NCBI GenBank assembly: GCA_963666515.2
Contig: OY762897.2
Location: forward strand, 1,600,001-1,664,000
Length of the DNA: 64,000 nt
Origin: Candidatus Binatia bacterium
Lineage (GTDB): Bacteria > Desulfobacterota > Binatia > UBA9968 > JAJDTQ01
Reading direction: 5' to 3'
Part shown: one piece after another, positions 1 to 10,087 of the stretch
Numbering within the stretch: position 1 is the first letter of the stretch
Layout: each line of letters starts with the position of its first letter
Notes under the pieces: model-generated
Databases searched by the model: none
What the model was told of the DNA's origin: nothing
What the model saw: only the letters and a program-made list of their open reading frames with translations
Program-made: the position numbers and the translations under genes

Positions 1-1
1 C

Positions 2-1066
2 GAGCCCGTCGCCATGTGGGACCACATCGACGAGGGCATGCACGCGCGCCGGCCGGTGCTGACCTCGGTGCCCGAAGACACCCTTTACGGCCCTCGCAAC
101 GCCTTCTGGCTCATCGACGGCAACATCGTCCCCAAGCCCAACGGCAAGGGCAGCTACCGCCTGGTGACGCCGTCGGCCACGAAGCTGGAGTCGTCGCGCA
201 GCGACAGCCTCATCGCCAGCCGGGAGATCACCCAGCCCGAGGTCAGGCTGGCCGACATGGACCGCCTCGGCATCGACGTGCAGGTCATCTATCCGACGCT
301 GTTCCTGGTCTACCTGACTCACGACGCGGAGCTGGAGATCGCCCTTTGCCGGGCCTACAACCGCTACATGTGGGAGGTCCATCGCACCGGGCAGAACCGC
401 CTTCTGTGGACCGCGGTGCTGCCGCTGCGCTCCATCGAAGCCTCCATCGACGAGATGCGGCTGGCGAAGGAGCACGGCGCAGTCGGCATCTTCTTCCGCG
501 GCATGGAGGGTGACCTCACCCTGGACAACCCCTACTTCTTCCCGGTCTACGAGGAGGCCGCCAAGCTGGACCTGCCCATCTGCATCCATACCGGCATGGG
601 CGCGCCGTCCATCATCAACCTGTTCAGTTTCGAGCGAAACTTCTCGTTCGCCCAGGGCCGGGTGTTGCCGATATTCGCCTTTCGGGACCTCATTGCGAAC
701 CGCATCCCCGAGGAGTTCCCGGACCTGCGCATCGGCTTCATCGAGGCGTCCGCCGGCTGGGTGCCGTTCATGCTGCACATCCTCAAGCGGCTTCTCAAGA
801 GCGACTGGAAGCACAAGCACGATGAGGGCCTGTTCGAGGACTACCGGCTGTTCGTTGCCTGCGAGGCCGACGAGGACGTCCCCTACCTCGTGGACTACAT
901 CGGCGAGGACCACCTGCTCATCGGGTCGGACTACGGTCATCAGGACCCCTCGTTCGAGCCCGATCTGACCGGCACCATCCGCGGGCGGGAGGACATCCCG
1001 CAACGGGTCGCGGACAAGATGTTCGACGACAACGCCAAGCGGTTCTACGGCATCAATGCAGCCTGA
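2..1066 (+). CDS. Amidohydrolase_2 family protein (LigW/ACMSD-like); 5' end lies outside the window
   Basis: Frame is open from the window edge; motifs DMDRLGIDVQVIYPT, PICIHTG, FIEASAGW, IGSDYGH, NAKRFY. Confidence 0.85.
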   Translation, partial: EPVAMWDHIDEGMHARRPVLTSVPEDTLYGPRNAFWLIDGNIVPKPNGKGSYRLVTPSATKLESSRSDSLIASREITQPEVRLADMDRLGIDVQVIYPTLFLVYLTHDAELEIALCRAYNRYMWEVHRTGQNRLLWTAVLPLRSIEASIDEMRLAKEHGAVGIFFRGMEGDLTLDNPYFFPVYEEAAKLDLPICIHTGMGAPSIINLFSFERNFSFAQGRVLPIFAFRDLIANRIPEEFPDLRIGFIEASAGWVPFMLHILKRLLKSDWKHKHDEGLFEDYRLFVACEADEDVPYLVDYIGEDHLLIGSDYGHQDPSFEPDLTGTIRGREDIPQRVADKMFDDNAKRFYGINAA

Positions 1067-1114
1067 GCCGAACCGACACCCAGCCCCTTGCTTGAGAGTG
1101 AAAGGAGAATTCCC

Positions 1115-2176
1115 ATGCGCGAGAACGCCTACCCGGTCATTGACGGCGACGGCCACATCATGGAGAACGCCAGCGAGATCATGCCCTACATGGGCGAGAA
1201 GTACGTGGGCAGCGACGGCCAGCCCGCCTGGGCGCGCATGTACTCGCTGTTCCCATCGCTGGACGGCTGGACCCGGCTTTCGAACATGAGCTCCTCCGGG
1301 CTCAGGGACTATCCCGACTGCGACATGTGGGTATCCTTTCTGGACGACTGCGGCATCGACCGCACCGTCGTCTACCCCACCGCGGGCCTGGGGTTCGGGC
1401 TGATCCAGGATCCGGCGTACTCCGTCAACATCGCCCACGCCTACAACACATGGCTCCACGAGTACTACATGAAGCATACGCCGAGGGTGCTGGGCGTCGC
1501 GCTGATCCCGATCCACAGCGTCGAGGACGCGGTCAAGGAGATGCGCCACGCCAAGCAGGAGCTGGGCATGCCGGCCGCGGTGCTGCCTTCGGTGAACTCG
1601 CTGGGCAAGGGCTACGGCCACGAGAGCTTCTTCCCCATCTACGAGGAAGCCTGCCGGTTGGACATGGCGCTGGCCATCCACGGGGCGCCGAGCCGCGGGC
1701 TGGGCTTCGACTACCTGGACAGCTTCGCCGAGGTCCATGCGCTGGAGCATCCCATTCCGCTGCTGATCCACCTCACCAACATGGTATTCCAGGGCGTGTA
1801 CGAGCTGTTCCCGGACCTGCGCGTCGCCTACCTGGAAGCCGGGGCTGGCTGGGTGCCGTTCATGATGGACCGGATGGACGAAGGCTACGAGCGGCGCGGC
1901 AAGAAATGGGCGCCCCGGCTGAAGCACTCGCCTAGCCAGTACATCAAGAGCGGCAGCGTCTACGTCTCGGTGGAGTCCGAGGAACGCACCCTGCCCTACG
2001 TCATCGAGCTGTTCGGCGAGGACCACATCTTCTTCGCGTCGGACTATCCTCACGAGCGCCCGCGCCAGGAATATCTCAAGGATATCCCTGAGTTGTGCGC
2101 CAGGGAGGACGTATCGGACACGGCGAAGCGGAAGATCCTGGCCGACAACGCGAACCGCTTCTACCGCCTGAATTGA
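1115..2176 (+). CDS. Amidohydrolase_2 family protein
   Basis: IDGDGH, AIHG, YLEAGAGW, FASDYPH; AGGAG RBS before ATG 1115. Confidence 0.88.
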   Translation: MRENAYPVIDGDGHIMENASEIMPYMGEKYVGSDGQPAWARMYSLFPSLDGWTRLSNMSSSGLRDYPDCDMWVSFLDDCGIDRTVVYPTAGLGFGLIQDPAYSVNIAHAYNTWLHEYYMKHTPRVLGVALIPIHSVEDAVKEMRHAKQELGMPAAVLPSVNSLGKGYGHESFFPIYEEACRLDMALAIHGAPSRGLGFDYLDSFAEVHALEHPIPLLIHLTNMVFQGVYELFPDLRVAYLEAGAGWVPFMMDRMDEGYERRGKKWAPRLKHSPSQYIKSGSVYVSVESEERTLPYVIELFGEDHIFFASDYPHERPRQEYLKDIPELCAREDVSDTAKRKILADNANRFYRLN

Positions 2177-2223
2177 CAACGCCGGAAAATAACTTATAAT
2201 AGAAACTCTAAAACTCAGTTATT
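2173..2223 (+). promoter_or_regulatory. Consensus sigma70 promoter of moeB with overlapping inverted repeat
   Basis: TTGACA 2173-2178, 16-nt spacer, TATAAT 2195-2200; AATAACT (2188-2194) / AGTTATT (2217-2223). Confidence 0.7.
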
Positions 2224-2252
2224 GTCGGAAACCCTCCGGCGAGGTAGCGATC

Positions 2253-3425
2253 ATGGCCAAGACATTTCAGCAACTGATGGACGAGGCGCGCGGCACCGTC
2301 AAGGAGTTGTCGCCTCAGCAGGTGCACGAGCTGCTGCAGAACAACGGCAAGCACGCGCTCCTGGACGTGCGGGAGAAAGAGGAATACCGGGAGGGACACC
2401 TGGACGGCGCGGTATCGGTGCCGCGCGGCTTCCTCGAAATGAAGATGGACGCCGAGGTGCCCGACAAGTCGACCCCCATCATCGCCTACTGCGCCGGCGG
2501 CGTGAGGTCGCTGCTGGCCGGCAAGGTGATGCAGGAGATGGGCTACACGGACGTGATCTCCATGTCCGGCGGATACACGGCCTGGAAGAACGAGGGCTAC
2601 TCGTTCGTGCAGGACCGGCAGTTCACGCAGGAGCAGCTCACCCGCTACAGCCGCCACTTCCTGCTGCCTGAGGTGGGAGAAGAGGGCCAAGCCAAGCTCC
2701 TGGACGCCAGGGTGCTGATGGTGGGGGCCGGCGGCCTGGGTTCACCCTCCGCCTACTACTTGGCCGCGGCCGGCGTCGGCACCATGGGCATCGTCGATCA
2801 CGACGTGGTGGACCTGTCCAACCTGCAGCGTCAGATCCTCCACACCAACGACCGCATCGGCGAGCCCAAGACCGAGTCGGCGCGGCAGACCCTGCAGGGA
2901 CTGAACCCCGACGTCAACGTGATCCCCATTCCGGAGCGGCTGACCTCCGAGAACATCATGGAGATCATCAAGGACTACGACATCGTGGTGGACGGCTGCG
3001 ACAACTTCGCCACCCGCTACCTGGTGAACGATGCCTGCGTGATGACCGGAAAGCCCAACGTCCACGGGAGCATCTTCCAGTTCGAGGGACAGGTGTCGGT
3101 GTTCCACCCGGGCAACGGCCCCTGCTACCGCTGCCTCTACCCCGAGCCGCCTCCTCCCGGCATGGCGCCGAGCTGCGCCGAGGCCGGCGTGCTGGGAGTC
3201 CTGCCCGGACTCATCGGCACGATCCAGGCAGTGGAGACCATCAAGCTCATCCTCGGCAAGGGCGACTCGCTGGCCGGACGGCTGCTCCACTTCAACACGC
3301 TGACCATGGAAATCAACACGCTCCGCCTCCGCCAGGACCCCGAGTGCCCCATGTGCGGCGAGAAGCCCACCATCCACGAACTGATCGACTACGAGGAGTT
3401 CTGCAACCTCCAGGGAGCGGCCTGA
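2253..3425 (+). CDS. moeB: MoeB/ThiF-family adenylyltransferase with N-terminal rhodanese domain
   Basis: Rhodanese LDVRE...YCAGGVRS; RYSRH, GAGGLG, SNLQRQ, PCYRC, CPMC. Confidence 0.92.
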   Translation: MAKTFQQLMDEARGTVKELSPQQVHELLQNNGKHALLDVREKEEYREGHLDGAVSVPRGFLEMKMDAEVPDKSTPIIAYCAGGVRSLLAGKVMQEMGYTDVISMSGGYTAWKNEGYSFVQDRQFTQEQLTRYSRHFLLPEVGEEGQAKLLDARVLMVGAGGLGSPSAYYLAAAGVGTMGIVDHDVVDLSNLQRQILHTNDRIGEPKTESARQTLQGLNPDVNVIPIPERLTSENIMEIIKDYDIVVDGCDNFATRYLVNDACVMTGKPNVHGSIFQFEGQVSVFHPGNGPCYRCLYPEPPPPGMAPSCAEAGVLGVLPGLIGTIQAVETIKLILGKGDSLAGRLLHFNTLTMEINTLRLRQDPECPMCGEKPTIHELIDYEEFCNLQGAA

Positions 3426-3428
3426 GGG

Positions 3429-4148
3429 CTACCGGTACGGTGTGCGTTGCGGACGGACGGTGATCTCCACTGGACACGCGGTGGGCGGCGCCGTGAGCAC
3501 GAAGAGCACCGCCTCAGCCACATCCTCAGCCTGGATCATCCTGGTCCGGTCGAGGTGCCGGACCGGCGGGATCATGTCCGTGTCCACGAAACCGGGCAGG
3601 ATCGCCGCCACCTTGATGTTGTGCTCCCGCACCTCCTCGAACAGCGCCTGGCTGAATGCGATGAGTCCGGCCTTGGAGGCGGCGTAGGCCGCGGAGCCGC
3701 CCTGCCCTGCCCGCCCCGATATTGACGCGATGTTGACGATGGCCCCTGACTGCCTGGCAGTGAGGGTCGGCAGAACCAGTTGACTCAGGATCATGGGCGC
3801 CATCAGGTTGACCCGGAGAGTCTGCTCCCAGTCCTTCACCCGGGCCTTTGGGACGTTGGCCTTGGTGCCCCAGCCGGCGTTGTTGACGAGGAAATCGATG
3901 GTGCCGAACCGATCGAGGGTCTGCGCCACCAGCGCCTCCAGATCTTCTTGCTCGGACAGGTCGGCGCGAAACGGGAAAGCCTGCCCGCCCCGTGACTCGA
4001 TCTCGGCCCGCACCGCTTCGAGTTGGTCCTCGCTTCTCGCCACGAGCACCGTGCGGCAACCTTCCTCCGCGGCCCGGAGCGCGATGGCCCGGCCGATGCC
4101 CCGGCCCGCGCCGGTGACGATGCAGACCCTGTCCTGGAGACGTTTCAC
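3429..4148 (-). CDS. Short-chain dehydrogenase/reductase
   Basis: TGAGRGIG, NNAG, YAASK. Confidence 0.92.
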   Translation of the reverse strand: MKRLQDRVCIVTGAGRGIGRAIALRAAEEGCRTVLVARSEDQLEAVRAEIESRGGQAFPFRADLSEQEDLEALVAQTLDRFGTIDFLVNNAGWGTKANVPKARVKDWEQTLRVNLMAPMILSQLVLPTLTARQSGAIVNIASISGRAGQGGSAAYAASKAGLIAFSQALFEEVREHNIKVAAILPGFVDTDMIPPVRHLDRTRMIQAEDVAEAVLFVLTAPPTACPVEITVRPQRTPYR

Positions 4149-4561
4149 TGAACGGTGGAATGGGGCTCGGGCTCGGCCATCATCACGGGCGAGCCGTGGT
4201 GGTGGATCATGAACCAGCCGTCGGGGCGCTGCTCATAGATGTTGGTGGCGAGCACGACGGCCGCGTTGGTCTGCCCCTGCAGCCTGGAAGCCAAGTTCTC
4301 GTAGAGAGTGACCCAGGCCAGACCGTCCTGCTCCCGCACCTGGACGTCGGTGAGCGTGAAGCGCATCTGCTCCGTGTTCTCGAAGATCCGCCGCCAGCTC
4401 TCCATGACCGCGTCCCAGCCGGACAACAGCGCCCAACCCGGGTGGACGCACTTGATGTAATCCTCGCGCAGCCAGATTCCTTCCATGCGCTTGATGTCGA
4501 GGCTCTCGAACGCCTCATAGAAGCGCCGGTTGACGTCCTTCACGGGATATTCCGCCGTCAT
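4145..4561 (-). CDS. SnoaL-like / NTF2-family protein
   Basis: NRRFYEAFESLD, CVHPGW, ATNIY, HHGS; 4-nt overlap with the SDR gene. Confidence 0.85.
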   Translation of the reverse strand: MTAEYPVKDVNRRFYEAFESLDIKRMEGIWLREDYIKCVHPGWALLSGWDAVMESWRRIFENTEQMRFTLTDVQVREQDGLAWVTLYENLASRLQGQTNAAVVLATNIYEQRPDGWFMIHHHGSPVMMAEPEPHSTVQ

Positions 4562-4600
4562 CCCCTACCCTCCAACGGCTGTGCTCCCGCCGCCCCGCCC

Positions 4601-4627
4601 CTGGATTCCGGCTTTCGCCGGAATGAC
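4601..4627. repeat. REP-like palindromic unit
   Basis: CTGGATTCCGGC-TTTC-GCCGGAATGAC hairpin in an intergenic region; resembles the widespread GGATTCCxGC..GCxGGAATGAC repeat type. Confidence 0.7.
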
Positions 4628-4668
4628 GGAGGGGACGCGGGACTGACGGTTTGGTGGCCGCGTGATCA

Positions 4669-4995
4669 TCAATGACTCGGGCGCGGCGCCATGACCACCA
4701 GCAGCTTCAACCGCTCCGGCCCGGGATTCTCCACGCCGTGGGGCTCCCCCGACGGCGCCAGCGCCACCTCGTCCTTGCCGAGTTCCCGCCGTTCCCCGCC
4801 GATGTGGAACATGCCTTTCCCTTCCAGCACGAAGTAGACCTTGTCAGAACCGTCGTGGGTATGCACGCTCTGCGCCTGTCCGGCCTCGAAGCAGTAAACG
4901 TCGCAGAAGAGCCGATCCGTCTCGAAAACACCGTTCTTCTTCATCTTCTCCGAGGAGAATTGCACAACCTCGGAGACCTTCTTGAACACGTCCAT
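4669..4995 (-). CDS. Cupin domain protein
   Basis: HTHDGSDKVYFVLEGKG and PSGEPHGVEN cupin motifs. Confidence 0.88.
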   Translation of the reverse strand: MDVFKKVSEVVQFSSEKMKKNGVFETDRLFCDVYCFEAGQAQSVHTHDGSDKVYFVLEGKGMFHIGGERRELGKDEVALAPSGEPHGVENPGPERLKLLVVMAPRPSH

Positions 4996-5078
4996 CTGGA
5001 ATACCTCCCGGTGAACCGATCATGATATCACACGCGGCTTTCCATGCAAAAGTTCCGTCGATCTGCTATTTTCCGAAC

Positions 5079-6326
5079 ATGCGCTCGGCCCTGGTTCGAT
5101 ACCACGAAATCGCCCTCAAGAAGGGCAACCGCGCCTACTTCGTCGAGCACCTCAAAAGGAACCTGAGCACGGCCCTTCGGGGAATGGGACTCAAGGAGAT
5201 CCGCAACGCCTCTTCGAGACTGCTGCTGAACTTCAACCACGACGTGCCGCCGGAGGAAGTCACCGACCGGCTCGGACGGGTCTTCGGCATCGCCAATTTC
5301 TCCCCGGTGGAGCGCACCGACGCCGACATGCCGGCCCTGTCGGCACACGTTCTGGAAGCCCTGCAGGGTCAGTCCTTCGACTCTTTCCGGGTGGAGACCC
5401 GGCGCGTTGACAAACGCTTTCCGCTCACCTCCAACGACATCAACCGGGAGCTGGGTGCACTGGTGCAGGCCCGGTCGGGTGCGCGGGTGGACCTCACCCA
5501 GCCGGAGTTGACGGTGTCCGTGGAGATCCTGCCGTCGAGCGCATTCGTCAGCCTGCGCAAGGTACCGGGACCCGGAGGCCTGCCGGTAGGCGCCAGCGGG
5601 CGGCTGGTGTCGCTCATCTCCGGCGGCATCGATTCCCCGGTGGCCTCGTACCGGATGATGCAGCGCGGCTGCCGGCTGATCTTCGTCCACTTCCATAGCA
5701 GCCCGTTCCTGGACCGGTCGTCGCAGGAGAAGTCCAAGACCCTCGTGGAGATGCTGACCCGCCATCAGTACGTTTCACGCCTCTACCTCGTGCCGTTCGG
5801 CGAGATCCAACGCCGCATCGTCGCCGCGGTGTTGCGCCCGCTCCGGGTCGTGATCTACCGCAGGATGATGCTGCGGATCGCCTCCGTCATCGCCGCCAGG
5901 GAACGCGCCCGGGCGCTGGTGACCGGCGAGAGCCTGGCCCAGGTGGCGTCCCAGACGCTGCCCAACATCGCGGTCATCGAAGAGGCCGCGCGCCTGCCGG
6001 TGCTGCGCCCGCTCATCGGCATGGACAAACAGGAGATCATCGACCAGGCCATGACCATCGGCACCTTCGAGACCTCGGTCCAGCCCGACCAGGACTGTTG
6101 CCAGCTCTTCGTTCCCAAACACCCCGCGGTGAAGGCCACCCTGCGGCGGGCGCGGGAGGCCGAAGCCGCGCTCGACGTGGAGGAGTTGACGGCCCTGGGC
6201 GCGGACCATGCGGAGATAGAACGTTTCCACTACCCGGAACCGAAGGAAGACCGGCATCCCGAACCTGCCCACGACAAGGGAGCGCCGGAGACGAACGAAC
6301 AGACTTCCGAAGCCGGACAGTCGTAG
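5079..6326 (+). CDS. thiI: tRNA 4-thiouridine synthase ThiI (THUMP + PP-loop, no C-terminal rhodanese)
   Basis: RYHEIALKKGNR, GGLPVG, SGGIDS PP-loop, TGESLAQVASQT, DCC. Confidence 0.93.
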   Translation: MRSALVRYHEIALKKGNRAYFVEHLKRNLSTALRGMGLKEIRNASSRLLLNFNHDVPPEEVTDRLGRVFGIANFSPVERTDADMPALSAHVLEALQGQSFDSFRVETRRVDKRFPLTSNDINRELGALVQARSGARVDLTQPELTVSVEILPSSAFVSLRKVPGPGGLPVGASGRLVSLISGGIDSPVASYRMMQRGCRLIFVHFHSSPFLDRSSQEKSKTLVEMLTRHQYVSRLYLVPFGEIQRRIVAAVLRPLRVVIYRRMMLRIASVIAARERARALVTGESLAQVASQTLPNIAVIEEAARLPVLRPLIGMDKQEIIDQAMTIGTFETSVQPDQDCCQLFVPKHPAVKATLRRAREAEAALDVEELTALGADHAEIERFHYPEPKEDRHPEPAHDKGAPETNEQTSEAGQS

Positions 6327-6341
6327 ATCGAGCAGGTAGAT

Positions 6342-7754
6342 ATGAGCCAGCCCCAATCATTCATACGCGAAACCTGGGAGACGAGCATCGTTCCGGCGCT
6401 GAAGGAATACATCGCCATCCCCGCCGAGTCTCCGGCCTTCGACGCGGAGTGGCAGGAGCACGGACACGTGGACCGGGCGGTGGATCTCTTCAGGCAGTGG
6501 GCAACGGCCCAGAACGTTCCGGGCCTCGATCTTCACGTGGCCCGGGCGGAAGGCCGTACGCCGCTGCTGCTGATGGAAATACCCGGAACGGGTCGGGGCA
6601 CGGTGTTGCTCTATGGCCACCTCGACAAGCAGCCTCCCATGGAAGGATGGCGGCCGGGGCTCGGGCCGTGGACGCCGGTGCTGGAGGACGGCAAGCTCTA
6701 CGGCCGTGGCGGCGCAGACGACGGCTACGGCATGTTCGCGGCCCTTACGGCCATCAAGGCGCTCAAGCTCGAGTCCATCCCTTGCGCGCGTTGCGTCGTG
6801 ATGATCGAGGCCTGCGAGGAAAGCGGCAGCTTCGATCTCCCCCACTACGTCGATGCGCTGGCGGACCGCATCGGCACGCCCGACCTGGTGGTGTGCCTGG
6901 ACTCGGGGTGCGGCGACTACGAACGGATGTGGGTCACCACCTCCTTGCGGGGCGTGATCAACGCCACGCTGTCGGTCTCGACCCTGACCGAGGGAGTTCA
7001 TTCCGGCGCGGCCAGCGGCATCGTGCCGTCGAGCTTCCGTATCCTCCGGCGCCTGTTGAGCCGCCTGGAGGACCAGGATACCGGCCGGATCCTGCCGCGC
7101 GAACTGCACGTGGAGGTTCCGCCCGACCGGCTTGCTCAGGCCAGGGCCGCGGCCGGGGTACTCGGCGGAGGCGTGCATCGGGAGTATCCCTTCCAACCCG
7201 GCGCCACGCCCGTGGTCGAGGACCCCGCGGAGCTGGTGCTGAACCGCACCTGGCGGCCGCAGCTCGAGATCATCGGCGCCGCAGGTCTGCCCGCGCTGGA
7301 GCAGGCCGGCAACGTCCTTCGCCCGGAAACACGGGCGAGGCTGTCCCTGCGCCTTCCCCCTACCGCCGACCCCGATGCCGCGGTGGCCTGCATGAAGGAA
7401 ACGTTGACCAAGGACCCGCCCTACGGCGCCAGGGTGACCTTCGAGCCGGGACAGGGCACCGGCGGCTGGAACGCGCCGGCGTTCGCGCCGTGGCTGGAAG
7501 ACTCGATGTCCCGCGCTTCCCGGGAGTTCTTCGGCAAGGACGCCTGCGCCATCGGCGAGGGCGGCACCATACCCTTCATGGCCATGCTGGCGGAGAAGTT
7601 CCCCGAAGCGCAGTTCATGATCACCGGCGTGCTGGGCCCCAGGTCCAATGCCCACGGCCCCAACGAGTTCCTGCACATCGAGACCGGCATCAACCTCACG
7701 GGTTGCGTGGCGCGGGTGTTGCAGGACCACTGCAGAACTGCCAACGCCGCCTGA
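6342..7754 (+). CDS. M20 family metallopeptidase
   Basis: YGHLDKQP, GRGGADDG, EACEESGS, NAHGPNE. Confidence 0.9.
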   Translation: MSQPQSFIRETWETSIVPALKEYIAIPAESPAFDAEWQEHGHVDRAVDLFRQWATAQNVPGLDLHVARAEGRTPLLLMEIPGTGRGTVLLYGHLDKQPPMEGWRPGLGPWTPVLEDGKLYGRGGADDGYGMFAALTAIKALKLESIPCARCVVMIEACEESGSFDLPHYVDALADRIGTPDLVVCLDSGCGDYERMWVTTSLRGVINATLSVSTLTEGVHSGAASGIVPSSFRILRRLLSRLEDQDTGRILPRELHVEVPPDRLAQARAAAGVLGGGVHREYPFQPGATPVVEDPAELVLNRTWRPQLEIIGAAGLPALEQAGNVLRPETRARLSLRLPPTADPDAAVACMKETLTKDPPYGARVTFEPGQGTGGWNAPAFAPWLEDSMSRASREFFGKDACAIGEGGTIPFMAMLAEKFPEAQFMITGVLGPRSNAHGPNEFLHIETGINLTGCVARVLQDHCRTANAA

Positions 7755-7958
7755 GGACCTCCCTCCTTTGCGCATCCCCCGGGAAACCGGACGCGAACGG
7801 CATCAAGCCCGTCGACTGTCATTCCAGACGCCGTTGACAAGCTGTCGGCGGAGAGTCTAATGTGTCGCGTCAAACTGCCCGTCACCATCGCCGCAACTGC
7901 CGAGCCGGCCGCGATGAAGACTATTGGACGAGCAGGTCACCAACACAGGAGGTTTGAT

Positions 7959-9023
7959 ATGGGCTACCGCTCGCTGCGGAAACGATTTCTTCCGATATTG
8001 TGCTGCCTTGTCATCGGAGCCGTCACGTTGGGCGGCCCGTCCAGCAGTTCGGCCGCAGATGACATGTTCTTCAAGGGCAAGACCATCCGCATCGTGGTGG
8101 CGTTCTCCGTCGGCGGCGGTTTCGACCTCTATTCGCGTGCCATAGGCCGGCACATGGGCCGCTACATTCCGGGAAATCCGAGTTTCCTGGTACAGAACAG
8201 GACCGGAGCCGGGGGACTCATCTCAGCCAATTACGTCTACAGAAAGGCCAAACCCGACGGCCTGACCATCGGGAACTTCCCCGGCAGCCTCTTTTGGGCA
8301 CGTCTCTACGGACAGAAGGGAATCCAGTTCGTTTCCAGCAAGTACGAGTTCATCGGGGTCCCGGAATCGACCATCTCCGTTTGCGCCTTCACCAAGGCGA
8401 GCGGCATCACGGACGTCGACAAGTGGATGAACTCGCCGAGACCGGTCAAGCTGTCCGGCACGGGTCCCGGCAATTCCACCAACGACGGCCCCAGACTGCT
8501 CAACGCCGCGCTCGGTCTGCCCATCAAGCTGATCGAGGGTTATGGAGGCGCGCCGGGGATGCTTCTGGCGGCAGAGAAGGGCGAGGTGGACGGCATCTGT
8601 GGACTGAGCTGGACGGCCCTGACCGCCACCTGGGGAGCGAAGTTCAAGTCCGGGGAAGCGGTGCCGGTGCTGCAGATGTCTCCGAAGAAGCATAGCGCGC
8701 TTCCGGACGTACCCCTGGACATCAGCTTCGCCAAGACCGACGAGGCGCGGCTCCTCATCAAGACCGGCATCCACGATCCCGCCGCGCTCACCCGCATTTA
8801 CGCACTGCCTCCGGGTACGCCGCCGGAGCGCGTGGAGATCCTGCGGACGGCTTTCATGAAGACGATGCGGGATCCGCAATTCCTGGCGGATGCCAAGAAG
8901 ACGCGCCTGTACATCGACCCTTCGCCCAGTACCGAGGTGCTCAAGGTCGTCAAGTCACTGGACGCTCTGTCACCCGAAGTGGTCCAGAAGCTGAAAGGCA
9001 TTCTCTTTCCGAAGAGGAAGTAA
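7959..9023 (+). CDS. Bug/TctC tripartite tricarboxylate transporter substrate-binding protein
   Basis: Signal peptide; GGGFDLYSR, QNRTGAGG, KPDGLTI; AGGAGG RBS. Confidence 0.88.
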   Translation: MGYRSLRKRFLPILCCLVIGAVTLGGPSSSSAADDMFFKGKTIRIVVAFSVGGGFDLYSRAIGRHMGRYIPGNPSFLVQNRTGAGGLISANYVYRKAKPDGLTIGNFPGSLFWARLYGQKGIQFVSSKYEFIGVPESTISVCAFTKASGITDVDKWMNSPRPVKLSGTGPGNSTNDGPRLLNAALGLPIKLIEGYGGAPGMLLAAEKGEVDGICGLSWTALTATWGAKFKSGEAVPVLQMSPKKHSALPDVPLDISFAKTDEARLLIKTGIHDPAALTRIYALPPGTPPERVEILRTAFMKTMRDPQFLADAKKTRLYIDPSPSTEVLKVVKSLDALSPEVVQKLKGILFPKRK

Positions 9024-9066
9024 CCCGCGCAGGAAGTAAGTCATTGGACAAAGGAGGGACCCAGAC

Positions 9067-10074
9067 ATGAGCGAAAGAAACGGGCGTAAGCGTTTGTCAC
9101 ACTGGACGACGTGCGCGGTGCTGGCCGTCGTCCTGGCGGTGCCGTCCGTTGCCGCGGCCGCGGATGCCGTGCAGCTCCGGTTCGCGACGGTGGGCATTGG
9201 ATCGGCCTGGTACAACTACGGCGCCGGCATCGCCGACCTGGTGAAGCCCAATCTTCCCAAGGGCTCGACGGTGGACGTGCTGCCGATCGCGGGCACCGTC
9301 GGAAACATGAAACTGCTGCAATCCGGTGAGACCGAGTTGGGCCTCAGCTTTCCCAACGTGGCCGCGGAGGGCTGCGGCGGGTTCGGCTCGTTCGACAAGA
9401 AGACCGACAAGGTGCGCGGGCTCATGGGCGGGCTCGACACGTACTACTACGGCACCTTCGTTACGGTGAAGTCCGGAATCAATTCCTGGGACGAGCTCGC
9501 CGCCGGCAAGGCACGGATGACCACGACGAGGGTCGGCGGTTCCGGCGAGTTGGGGCTGCGCCAGATCCTCGCGCTCTATGGGAGCAGCAAGAAGGACGTG
9601 GCCGCGAAGGGAGGCTCCGTCAAGTCATTGAAGCGACCGGCCACGGCCGCCGCCATCGCCGACGGCAAGGCCGATAGTTGGTCCCACGTCGTAACCAAGG
9701 GACATCCCGTAGCCACCGAGCTGACGACCCTCGCGGACATGAAGATGCTGCCGCTCTCGGACGCCGTGATCAAGGGGATGGTCGAGAAGCACGGCTGGGT
9801 GGAGGCGGTCATTCCGCCCAACACGTACAAGGGCCAGACCGGTCCCATCAAGACCGTCAAGGCGGCCACCAACATCATGATTCGCGAAGGCGTTTCCGAC
9901 GAAGTCGCCTACATCATCACCAAGACGATCATCGAGAACGCCGAGAAGGTCCGTAAGGTTCACGCCGGCCTTTCCGGCTTCGACCCGAAGGGCGTGGCCA
10001 GCGCCGGGCTCGTGGGCAACTGCCCGTTCCATCCCGGCGCCGCCAAGTACTACAAAGAGAAGGGCATGATGTAG
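9067..10074 (+). CDS. TAXI-family TRAP solute receptor
   Basis: Signal peptide; GSAWY, IPPNTYKGQ, PFHPGAAKYYKEKG. Confidence 0.9.
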   Translation: MSERNGRKRLSHWTTCAVLAVVLAVPSVAAAADAVQLRFATVGIGSAWYNYGAGIADLVKPNLPKGSTVDVLPIAGTVGNMKLLQSGETELGLSFPNVAAEGCGGFGSFDKKTDKVRGLMGGLDTYYYGTFVTVKSGINSWDELAAGKARMTTTRVGGSGELGLRQILALYGSSKKDVAAKGGSVKSLKRPATAAAIADGKADSWSHVVTKGHPVATELTTLADMKMLPLSDAVIKGMVEKHGWVEAVIPPNTYKGQTGPIKTVKAATNIMIREGVSDEVAYIITKTIIENAEKVRKVHAGLSGFDPKGVASAGLVGNCPFHPGAAKYYKEKGMM

Positions 10075-10087
10075 GCTTCGACGCCCC

